A stretch of DNA of 64,000 nucleotides from Minisyncoccia bacterium (lineage in GTDB: Bacteria; Patescibacteriota; Minisyncoccia; Phycocordibacterales; UBA9973), in NCBI GenBank assembly GCA_038244685.1, contig JBBRTD010000001.1, positions 2,339 through 66,338 of the forward strand, read 5' to 3'. Shown here in pieces: positions 56,030-64,000 of this stretch. The notes beneath the pieces are model-generated. The model did not search any database, was not told the DNA's origin, and saw nothing but the letters and a program-made list of their open reading frames with translations. Position numbers and translations under genes: made by a program. Numbering within the stretch: position 1 is the first letter of the stretch; the number at the start of each line of letters is the position of its first letter.

Positions 56030-57097
56030 TTATGAATTACGAGCCAGAATTTTCTTATTCTCTATATCATCTAAAAATTCAAATAAGCAAACTGCAAATG
56101 GTATAGCCAATATAACTCCCCAGAAATTTGCTAATTGCCAACCAATAATAATAGATAGAATTATGACTAGTGGAGATATTCCTATTACTTTCTTAATAAC
56201 CAACGGATAAATTAAATAGTTTTCAAATTGATGCAAAATAAAATATAAGCCGAGAGTTAACATTACTAGTGTAACCCCACCATCTAAGAAAGAAAATATT
56301 ATCGCTGGGATAACGGCAATATAAATTCCAAAAGGAATAAGCTCAAACAAAGCAGTAATAATAGCTAAAACTAATGAATATTTTACACCAAGAATTGTAA
56401 GGCCTAGATAAGTAAGAATACCCATAATAAGACCTATTAACATCTGCCCCTGTATCCAAAGGCCAATCTTGCGTTCTGTTCGCTGCCACAAATCAATAAT
56501 ATATTCTTCACTTTTGTCAGGAATAATAACTCGAAGAAAATTTTCAATTCCCTTCTCCTTAATAGAAAGATAAAATGAAATTATTATAATTAAAATTAAG
56601 TTAAATAAACCTCCGAAGGCTTGTCCAAAAATATCAAACAATCCACCAGACAGACTTCGAGCTAAGCTCTCCGTACTTTTAATTAAATCTCCAATTGATC
56701 CATTGGCCGATATCGTGTTTACAACTCCCTTTGCTCCAGAAATTGCATCAGGCTGGAAAGTATTTAAAATACTACTATCTGGGATATATTGACTAAGTGA
56801 AGCCACAAGAGCCGACATTTCATTTATGAAAACAGGAATAAAGACAGAAGATAAGCCAATTAAAGCAGAAAAGGATATTGTGTAAATCAAGAAAACAGAA
56901 AAAATTCGGTTTTTAATGTATTTTTTGAGTTTTCGAATGGCCGATTCAACAAAAGAAGCTATCACGATTGAAGTTAAAACGATAAGTACTATATTTATAA
57001 GCTTAACAAAAGCAAAAACCAAAAAACCTATAAGTAAAATTCGAACAAGGGTACTAGTAGAAACATTGACGTTCACATTTTGGGGGTGATCATTCAT
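56030..57097 (-). CDS. AI-2E family transporter (second copy)
   Basis: 8 TM; IPFGIYIAVIPAIIFSFLDGG...LIYPLVIKKVIGISPLVIILS. Confidence 0.75.
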   Translation of the reverse strand: MNDHPQNVNVNVSTSTLVRILLIGFLVFAFVKLINIVLIVLTSIVIASFVESAIRKLKKYIKNRIFSVFLIYTISFSALIGLSSVFIPVFINEMSALVASLSQYIPDSSILNTFQPDAISGAKGVVNTISANGSIGDLIKSTESLARSLSGGLFDIFGQAFGGLFNLILIIIISFYLSIKEKGIENFLRVIIPDKSEEYIIDLWQRTERKIGLWIQGQMLIGLIMGILTYLGLTILGVKYSLVLAIITALFELIPFGIYIAVIPAIIFSFLDGGVTLVMLTLGLYFILHQFENYLIYPLVIKKVIGISPLVIILSIIIGWQLANFWGVILAIPFAVCLFEFLDDIENKKILARNS

Positions 57098-57131
57098 ATA
57101 TTTTATAATAACACAATTATTGGGGCATTAC

Positions 57132-58403
57132 CTAGAACTTCAAAATATCAACAAACTCGGCATTATCTTTATATGGACCAATGATAGCAAGATTTAAATT
57201 CTTAGTTTTAAAAATTAATTTAGCCATTTTGGAAATTTCTTCGGGTGTTACTTTATTTATATCCTTTATTTTTTCCTCTAATGTTTTTATCTCATTTTTC
57301 ATTAACTCTTGGCCGCCATAAAAGTTTGCAATATCATCTGTGGCTTCAAGAGACATCTTCATATTCCCTATTATTAATGATTTTACTTTATTTAATTCTT
57401 CTTTACTTACCTTTTTAGATATAAGAGCATTGCATTCTTTTAAAATTTCTTTAATAACTTCTTTTGTTCTCACATTATTAACACCCGCAGATATTTGGAA
57501 TGCTCCATGGTCAAGCGACGGGTCATTATAGGCTCTTACATAATAAGCCACACCCATTTCCTCTCGAAGTTTAATAAACAATCTTGAGCTCATGCCAGCA
57601 CCTAATACTCCTCCTAACATTGAGAGAGCTGTATTTCTTTTATCAAAAACATCAAAAGATCGAACACCGAGAACGAAATGTGTCTGGTCTGTTTCTTTAT
57701 ATTTAACTAGAACATTTGGATTAACTTGTCCTTCTTTTGTTTTTACTTTCTTAACTTTTATTGTTTCTTTAATATTACCAAAATATTTTGTTACCTCTTT
57801 TGAGACTTCATCGCTTGTCACATTTCCTGCGACAATTACAACTGTATTTGAAGCTACATAATGACTTTTCTTGTAGTCTACAAAATTGCCCCTATTCATA
57901 TTATTTATATTTTCTTTTGTACCGATAATACTCCAACCAGAAGGTTGATCACCATACAAAACCTTATCAAAAAGATCTTGAACATGACTAGCTGGCATAT
58001 CTTCATACATATTTAACTCTTCGATTATTACTCCTTTTTCTTTCTGCATTTCAACTTCTGGAAAGGTAGAATTAAGATAAACATCTGAGACAATATCAAA
58101 AATTTGTTTAAAATTCTTTGAATCTCCCTTGGCGTAGTAACCTGTATACTCATGACTAGTAAATGCATTTGACTGACAACCCAAAGCATCTAATTCATAA
58201 GATATAGCCTGAGCTGATGGGCGCTTTGTTGTACCCTTAAAGCACATATGCTCAAGGAAGTGCGAAATACCATTAATTTCTTTAGTCTCGTAATTACTTC
58301 CTGTTCCTACAAGAACAAGGACCGTTACTGTCGGATTATCCTTCATCGGTATTGTTATAACTCTTAGTCCATTTTTATAGGTTTTTTTATTGGCTTTTAA
58401 CAT
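57132..58403 (-). CDS. M16-family zinc peptidase (pitrilysin-like)
   Basis: Inverted zinc motif HFLEHMCFKGT...E. Confidence 0.85.
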   Translation of the reverse strand: MLKANKKTYKNGLRVITIPMKDNPTVTVLVLVGTGSNYETKEINGISHFLEHMCFKGTTKRPSAQAISYELDALGCQSNAFTSHEYTGYYAKGDSKNFKQIFDIVSDVYLNSTFPEVEMQKEKGVIIEELNMYEDMPASHVQDLFDKVLYGDQPSGWSIIGTKENINNMNRGNFVDYKKSHYVASNTVVIVAGNVTSDEVSKEVTKYFGNIKETIKVKKVKTKEGQVNPNVLVKYKETDQTHFVLGVRSFDVFDKRNTALSMLGGVLGAGMSSRLFIKLREEMGVAYYVRAYNDPSLDHGAFQISAGVNNVRTKEVIKEILKECNALISKKVSKEELNKVKSLIIGNMKMSLEATDDIANFYGGQELMKNEIKTLEEKIKDINKVTPEEISKMAKLIFKTKNLNLAIIGPYKDNAEFVDILKF

Positions 58404-58481
58404 AATTTACCCATTTTACCATATTTTTAAGTATTAAAATATAATAAAAAATACCCTAAATTTAGGGTATTTTTTATTATA

Positions 58482-59780
58482 TTAATTTATTCTTTCTTTT
58501 ATATAAGCAATAATATCATCTTTTTTAACCCGCACTTGCTGACCAGTATCACGATCGCGGATTGTTACAGAATCATCGGTCAAAGTATCAAAATCAATAA
58601 CAATACACCAGGGTGTTCCAATCTCGTCTTGCCTTCGGTAACGTTTACCGATATTACCATTATCATCCCACATGACACGTCCAAATTCATCCTTAAGTGA
58701 ACGATAAACTAAATGAGCATAATCACGAAGCTCAGCTTTATTTTTTAATAATGGAGAAACAGCACAAATAATTGGTGCTACTGATGGATTAAAAGATAAA
58801 TAAGGTCTAACTTCTTCTCCACTAGAATCTTCCTTGTAAGAACTTAGCATTAAAGCAAGGAATGTTCTTTCAACTCCAAAAGAAGGTTCAATCACATGAG
58901 GAACAATTCTATTATTTGTTTCTTCATCTTGATAAGTAAGATTATGTTTCTTTAAATCAAAATCTGTTCGGTAAGCTAATCCATAAAGTTCTTTTAATCC
59001 AAAAGGAAAATCAAATTCGAAATCGATTGTACGTTTTGAATAATGAGCCAAATCTTCTCCATCAACTTCTAGTTCATGAACTTTATTCATGTCTATCCCC
59101 ATAGATTCCATCCATACGAGCATTTCACTTTTCCAGTATTCAAAATATTTTTGCCAATCTTCCTCTTTTATAAAATATTCAATTTCCATTTGTTCAATTT
59201 CACGAACACGAAAAATAAAGTCGCGAGGTGTAATTTCATTACGAAAAGCCTTTCCAATCTGAGCCAAACCAAATGGCAATTTTGGATGAAAAGAGTCAAC
59301 AACATTTTTGAAATTTACAAACATTCCTTGCGCTGTCTCTGGACGAAGGTAAACAGTAGCCGAAGAATCTTCCACTGCTCCAATTTGAGTTTTAAACATC
59401 ATATTAAATTGGCGAGCTTCACCCGTCACTCCTCCACAGTCATCACAAATACCTTTTTCTTTTAAAGTATCTTCTCTAAAACGTTTTTTGCATTTTGTAC
59501 ATTCAACAAGAGGATCAGTAAAAGTATCAACATGCCCAGACGCTTTCCAGACAGCACTATTCATAAGAATAGCAGCATCTACTCCATACATATCGATACG
59601 GGAATCAACAAATTTCTTCCACCATAAGTTTTTTATATTATTCTTTAGTGCTACTCCAAGTGGACCATAATCAAAAGTTCCAGCTAGTCCCCCGTAAATA
59701 TCTGACCCTGGATAGACAAATCCCCTTCTTTTGCAAAGCGATATAATCTTCTCCATTAATTTGTCATCTTTTTCTTGCAT
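58482..59780 (-). CDS. glyQS: glycyl-tRNA synthetase (alpha2 type)
   Basis: RRGFVYPGSDIYGGLAGTFDYGPLGVALKNNIKNLWW and class II catalytic motifs. Confidence 0.9.
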   Translation of the reverse strand: MQEKDDKLMEKIISLCKRRGFVYPGSDIYGGLAGTFDYGPLGVALKNNIKNLWWKKFVDSRIDMYGVDAAILMNSAVWKASGHVDTFTDPLVECTKCKKRFREDTLKEKGICDDCGGVTGEARQFNMMFKTQIGAVEDSSATVYLRPETAQGMFVNFKNVVDSFHPKLPFGLAQIGKAFRNEITPRDFIFRVREIEQMEIEYFIKEEDWQKYFEYWKSEMLVWMESMGIDMNKVHELEVDGEDLAHYSKRTIDFEFDFPFGLKELYGLAYRTDFDLKKHNLTYQDEETNNRIVPHVIEPSFGVERTFLALMLSSYKEDSSGEEVRPYLSFNPSVAPIICAVSPLLKNKAELRDYAHLVYRSLKDEFGRVMWDDNGNIGKRYRRQDEIGTPWCIVIDFDTLTDDSVTIRDRDTGQQVRVKKDDIIAYIKERIN

Positions 59781-59809
59781 TTGATTATTGTGATTAATTT
59801 TTAATATAT

Positions 59810-61696
59810 CTATTGTATAACACGTTCGAAGCCAGAACGGAAATTTGGATCATCGGTAAGCAAGGTATTAATAGGACCTCGTTTACTCTTAACATCACTA
59901 CCTGTGAAGACATCAGTTCCTGATAAGAATAAATCTTTCATCAACTGAGGAATACTACCGATTTGTGATATTGAAGGATTAAGAGCGATTGTGAAAGTAG
60001 CTTCGCGATTATAGCTTCCGCCTGTATTAGCACGAACAGAACCTATATTCCAAATTACTTCACGAGTCGCATCATTATAAGTTACATTCTCTTTTGGAGA
60101 AGCTGAAGCTACCCACTTAACATATATCGGCAATGCGGCTCTTGCAACAGCTCCTGATATCGCATTTGTTGAATTTGATAATGTCCAAGTAACATTATAT
60201 TTTGTTTCAGATTCTGCTTTTGGAGGAAATGATCCAGCCTTATAGGAAGCAGAAGATGCAATTTGAAAATCTGATAAAATCTTAACAACTTTTTTAGAAA
60301 AATTATTTACATCAGTAAAGGTTGAACCCAAAGATGGCTGACGTCCTTTAATACTTACATCAAAAGTAATTTGTGGATCTTTTATTGAGCTCTGTGATCC
60401 TAATAATGATATAGATTTAAGACTGAAGTTAACTTCCCCTTTTTCTCCTGGTTCAATATTTTCTAAATCTGGAATAGAATTCTTATCCCAAATAATTCTA
60501 TTATTTAATGAATCAAAGAATCCTTGAGACGAAAGAATTGAAGAGCGATCAAAAGCATTACCGCCAATATTCACAATTATTTCTCCATCTGTAATTTTAG
60601 TAGAAAGATTATTTGCCCAAGCAATTCGTACATTCATATTTTCTCCAGATGAAGCAGTATCATCTACCAAAACATTAGCCTCGATAAATGGTTTAATAAT
60701 TGTAACCGTATGAATTAGTGAATTATAAACTACATTTATGGTAGATTTATCGTCTGGCTTAGTTGTCCCAGTATATACATGAAATACTTGTTGGTCTTGA
60801 TCTTGTCCAACGATTCTACCCTTAACGACGACAGACACAGGCTTGGTAATACTCAAAGTATCTAACCTCCACATTGAATTTCCAAATGACGGCTCAGGAA
60901 CTGCACTTTCGTAAATAAAATTATTTGGGTATGTTAACTGCATCATCGTATCACCTTCTGGAAGTGTAGTATTCAAGGTTGCTTTAACAGTGAAAGATAC
61001 AGGTTGGTCAGAAGTCACTGTATCGGGAGCATCAATAGACAAAGAAAGTGGAGCTGAACTTATATTCACAACATATTCTTTTTCTTTTGTGAAAATAGCA
61101 TTTGAACTTTCAGGGTGGTACTCTAGGCTAATTTTTATATTACGATTTGATCTCTCATCACCAAAAAGGACAACCTTAATGTTTTTTGTAATTGTTTCTC
61201 CTGGTTTAATTGTACCAATAGTAATACGAGGAAGACGAATATAATCAGCGACATTATCACTCGCACCATTTGGATAAGAAATTAATAAATTGGCAAGCTC
61301 AAGTCCAGCTTTATTGCGATTGGCAATTTCAATCTGTAAGGGTAATTCCTCTCCGCCTTTCGTAAATGCATTACCGATAACTGTAATATCTATATTGTCA
61401 CTAGAAACAGAAGAACTATTTGTAGAAAACATATACAAAGCTACTCCTATGGCTATAAAGAAAAATATAATTGAAACTATAAAAAATTTTTTAAATATTG
61501 ATGTTGGAGGTTTTTTCATATCTTCCGTAGGGTCAGTCTCCTCTTCATGTTTCCAGTCTGAATCAACCTTATGATTAATAATATGTAGAATCCCTTCTTT
61601 CGTTCTATGGGTAACATTATCTTCGTGGTCATATAAACGACGCTTAATATCTTCAATTTTGTGATCATTTTCTAACATGGAAATATTATACCACAA
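59810..61696 (-). CDS. membrane-anchored large extracytoplasmic protein of unknown function (start may be internal Met at 61678)
   Basis: TM FFIVSIIFFFIAIGVALYMF at ~aa 70-90, then ~530 aa beta-rich region; TATAAT embedded between first and second Met. Confidence 0.6.
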   Translation of the reverse strand: MWYNISMLENDHKIEDIKRRLYDHEDNVTHRTKEGILHIINHKVDSDWKHEEETDPTEDMKKPPTSIFKKFFIVSIIFFFIAIGVALYMFSTNSSSVSSDNIDITVIGNAFTKGGEELPLQIEIANRNKAGLELANLLISYPNGASDNVADYIRLPRITIGTIKPGETITKNIKVVLFGDERSNRNIKISLEYHPESSNAIFTKEKEYVVNISSAPLSLSIDAPDTVTSDQPVSFTVKATLNTTLPEGDTMMQLTYPNNFIYESAVPEPSFGNSMWRLDTLSITKPVSVVVKGRIVGQDQDQQVFHVYTGTTKPDDKSTINVVYNSLIHTVTIIKPFIEANVLVDDTASSGENMNVRIAWANNLSTKITDGEIIVNIGGNAFDRSSILSSQGFFDSLNNRIIWDKNSIPDLENIEPGEKGEVNFSLKSISLLGSQSSIKDPQITFDVSIKGRQPSLGSTFTDVNNFSKKVVKILSDFQIASSASYKAGSFPPKAESETKYNVTWTLSNSTNAISGAVARAALPIYVKWVASASPKENVTYNDATREVIWNIGSVRANTGGSYNREATFTIALNPSISQIGSIPQLMKDLFLSGTDVFTGSDVKSKRGPINTLLTDDPNFRSGFERVIQ

Positions 61697-61702
61697 TAAT
61701 TA

Positions 61703-62287
61703 TTAAAGTTGGCTTTCATTTAAGGCTTTATTTATGTGAGATATTATTGATTGTTTCTCTTTTAAAAGTAACTCTGTTTTGGTAAAATTTATTTCCCCAC
61801 CTAAATATTCTAATAGCATACTAGACTCTCCTATATAGCCCAAAGAATTCATTATTCTTAAAACCAAATGTAGTTCGAGCGCTTCTCTTGATGAATCTTC
61901 TATATTAGTGTCATCTAGCAAATAAAGAGCTTGCACAAAATCATCAAATATTTTTTCGTTTGATTCTTCTCCGTCACAAAGTCTTTCTAAGAGTAGACTA
62001 ACACGAGCAATAAGAAGTAATGATTCCTTTGAAGATCTAGCAAAAGGAAAAGAGGTAATATTTTTTGCTGAAGTTATTCTCCATATATCCTTACCTCTCA
62101 CAAAATCAACGTTAGCATATGAAAAATCCTGTAAAGCAAAACGAAGTTTTGATTTACCCAACCTTACTCCTTGAACCATGGCACGGACAAGACCCATCTC
62201 ACGAGTATAAACTGTGAGCATTTTATTCGCTTCTCCTTTATTCCTAGAGCTTAAAATAAACCCATGTGTATGGTAAATGTGATGCAT
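61703..62287 (-). CDS. recO: DNA repair protein RecO (short form)
   Basis: N-terminal OB fold HGFILSSRNKGEANKMLTVYTREMGLVRAMVQGVRLGKSKL. Confidence 0.7.
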   Translation of the reverse strand: MHHIYHTHGFILSSRNKGEANKMLTVYTREMGLVRAMVQGVRLGKSKLRFALQDFSYANVDFVRGKDIWRITSAKNITSFPFARSSKESLLLIARVSLLLERLCDGEESNEKIFDDFVQALYLLDDTNIEDSSREALELHLVLRIMNSLGYIGESSMLLEYLGGEINFTKTELLLKEKQSIISHINKALNESQL

Positions 62288-62925
62288 TATATTTCTTCTT
62301 CTTTACCTATTTCTAATTTAACAAAATTAATATTTTCATCTTTTAAAAGTTTTTCTGGAATTTTCCATATAAAAGTTGCGAAGTCCTGCATAATAGCATC
62401 GTGTATAGGGAAGCAAACTCTTGGTCTAATATTTTTAGCAAAATCTATGGCATCTTTTATTTTCATCCAAGGACCAGCTACTGGTAGTGCAAGGATATCA
62501 ACATCTGCATCTGGGTAATTAAAAGAGTCCCCCGCGTAACATAAATTATCTATCATATAACCCGTATTCTGCACTGACCCAAAGGTCTCATATATTTCAG
62601 CATGAGTATTACCAAAACCGATAATATTCACCCCTTCAATATTATATCTATCCCCCTCTTCAATTTTTATGTATGAGATACCGTTAGCCTCAAGAATTTG
62701 CCCAACTGCTGTATTTGTTATTACAATCGCTTCTGAATTATTTTTTAAAATATCTTTCAGAGAATCAACATGGAGGTGATCTTGATGCTCATGAGTAATC
62801 AGTACTGCATTAATATTTTTTTCCACAATTTGAAGTATAGAAAAAGCACCAGGGTCAGTCATAATACGAACCCCTTTCTTTGGCTCGACAACGAAGCAAC
62901 AATGGCCTATCTTCTTTATCTTCAT
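62287..62925 (-). CDS. MBL-fold metallo-hydrolase
   Basis: ITHEHQDHL (HxHxDH). Confidence 0.85.
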   Translation of the reverse strand: MKIKKIGHCCFVVEPKKGVRIMTDPGAFSILQIVEKNINAVLITHEHQDHLHVDSLKDILKNNSEAIVITNTAVGQILEANGISYIKIEEGDRYNIEGVNIIGFGNTHAEIYETFGSVQNTGYMIDNLCYAGDSFNYPDADVDILALPVAGPWMKIKDAIDFAKNIRPRVCFPIHDAIMQDFATFIWKIPEKLLKDENINFVKLEIGKEEEI

Positions 62926-62929
62926 TCTT

Positions 62930-63556
62930 CTATTTTAACACATTTTCAATTGTATTAAGTAAGAGCCTTGGGTCATCAATTATTGTAATAGGGCTACCCT
63001 TCTCTAGATTTTCTTTACTGTGAATACCCCAAGTAACACCAATTGAATTAATACCAGATTCATTCGCCTCTAAAATATCCCCCAAGGAATCTGTAATAAA
63101 AACAATATCAGAAGGTAAAATATTATATTTACGGAGAAGACTATTTATTTTAACTGTTTTATTTGAATTAATATCAGCCCCCAAAATATCAGAAAAAATT
63201 TCAGTTATTTTCTCTTTTTCTAGAAATTTATTTATTACTTTTGTTGAGGAAGAAGAAACAATTGTAAGAATATATTTAATCGAGAGTTCTGTAATTGTTT
63301 TATTCAAAATATCACTAATTGTAATATCCTCAATATTCTTAGTATATAAATCATCCCAGTTATCAGGAATAATATAATTATCTTCTGCTACAGCCTTGCC
63401 GATTCCACTTCTAAAATTCCCGTTTGAAAAATCTTGAAATTTTTTCCAAGTTAAACTATTGTTTAGTTTTTTGTGCTCATCAAAAGAAAATTCTAAAGTA
63501 TTAACTAATACTCCATCGAAATCAAATATAACTAATTTCTTGTTTTCTTTATTCAT
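62930..63556 (-). CDS. HAD-superfamily hydrolase
   Basis: Motif I VIFDFDGVLVNT. Confidence 0.8.
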   Translation of the reverse strand: MNKENKKLVIFDFDGVLVNTLEFSFDEHKKLNNSLTWKKFQDFSNGNFRSGIGKAVAEDNYIIPDNWDDLYTKNIEDITISDILNKTITELSIKYILTIVSSSSTKVINKFLEKEKITEIFSDILGADINSNKTVKINSLLRKYNILPSDIVFITDSLGDILEANESGINSIGVTWGIHSKENLEKGSPITIIDDPRLLLNTIENVLK

Positions 63557-63568
63557 AAACCAAGCTGA

Positions 63569-64000
63569 TTATTTAACTATATTTACTGTAAATATTAATT
63601 CATCAATCTTAACTTCAATTCCATTATTTTCTTTAATTTGAACATCCCTTGCGCCTACTGCTTTCAAAAGCTCATTTTTAAATTTATTTATCATTACTTC
63701 TGCCGAAACACCTGTTGCAATTTCAAGACCAATTATATCATTTGGATTGAGCCCTGCTTTCTTTCTCATATCTTGAATAGCTCGGACAAGCTCTCTGTAC
63801 TGCCCTTCTGTTTGTAATTCTTCAGTAATATAAGTATCAAGCTCAACCTTAATTTCATTGCTTTCAATAAATTCAAAACATTTAATATTTAATTCATCTT
63901 TTAAAATATCAAGATATTGATTTGCTAATTTATAACCCAAAATTGTTAATTTATTTAATGGCTGACGAACAGGTATTCCTGCTTTCTGTCTTGACTGTAG
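63569..64000 (-). CDS. ileS: isoleucyl-tRNA synthetase, C-terminal end (ORF open to window edge)
   Basis: Reading frame continues past the first Met to position 64000 (..LQSRQKAGIPVRQPLNKLTILGYK..); ELVRAIQDMRKKAGLNPNDIIGLEI resembles IleRS C-terminus. Confidence 0.6.
   Translation of the reverse strand, partial: LQSRQKAGIPVRQPLNKLTILGYKLANQYLDILKDELNIKCFEFIESNEIKVELDTYITEELQTEGQYRELVRAIQDMRKKAGLNPNDIIGLEIATGVSAEVMINKFKNELLKAVGARDVQIKENNGIEVKIDELIFTVNIVK

Noticed and set aside
1-64000. Mobile elements, integrases, transposases, prophage, toxin-antitoxin or restriction-modification loci
   Set aside because: No ORF carries DDE/transposase, tyrosine/serine recombinase, or RM methyltransferase motifs. 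The tRNA genes are not flanked by integrase-like ORFs or obvious direct repeats

Overview
This window is a visibly AT-rich bacterial chromosomal segment with no rRNA, CRISPR array or mobile element, and coding density is close to 90%. The gene content looks like a reduced-genome bacterium, most likely of the Candidate Phyla Radiation (Patescibacteria). This is inference from composition and from many housekeeping proteins being minimal versions: DnaX of 347 aa, IF-2 lacking its N-terminal domains, MetRS lacking the C-terminal tRNA-binding domain, RelA/SpoT lacking ACT, and a short RecO. Housekeeping genes identified: obg (5' part), a MYG1 hydrolase, a GatB/YqeY protein, a DnaQ-type exonuclease, rmuC, an ABC-F ATPase, def, mltG, dnaX, dus, an ftsQ-like gene, serS, dprA, topA, relA/spoT, parB, clpB, a cysteine desulfurase, infB-rbfA, a CDF transporter, secG, RNase J, rsuA, the rpsF-ssb-rpsR operon, tatD, metG, an M16 peptidase, glyQS, recO and the 3' end of ileS. 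Four tRNAs were found by eye: Gln-TTG on the minus strand, and Tyr-GTA, Cys-GCA and Leu-TAG on the plus strand. About ten intrinsic terminators are visible, several of them bidirectional. Three accessory-looking islands are the most interesting parts. The first (5.6-10.9 kb) holds a 1551-aa secreted giant protein next to a Tyr/Asn/Ser/Gly low-complexity secreted protein that has a textbook promoter. The giant carries tandem CHB_HEX_C-like and He_PIG Ig-like domain repeats and a C-terminal peptidoglycan-binding anchor. The second (11.2-16.5 kb) is a co-directional run on the minus strand. It contains an atypical small protein kinase, polytopic membrane proteins, a DUF45 metallopeptidase, and an RGG / CxxC-x17-CxxC / histone-H1-like protein. 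The third (48.2-52.1 kb) holds two paralogous secreted proteins that share a novel Cys-hairpin repeat and a C-terminal PG-binding anchor. One carries a VKOR-partner-type thioredoxin-like domain; the other carries a chagasin-like (I42) inhibitor domain plus a PKD domain. Two GC-rich intergenic islands (19.74-19.89 kb and 27.79-27.90 kb) are candidate structured RNAs. All calls rest on motifs read directly from the translated ORFs and the raw sequence; no database search was possible.
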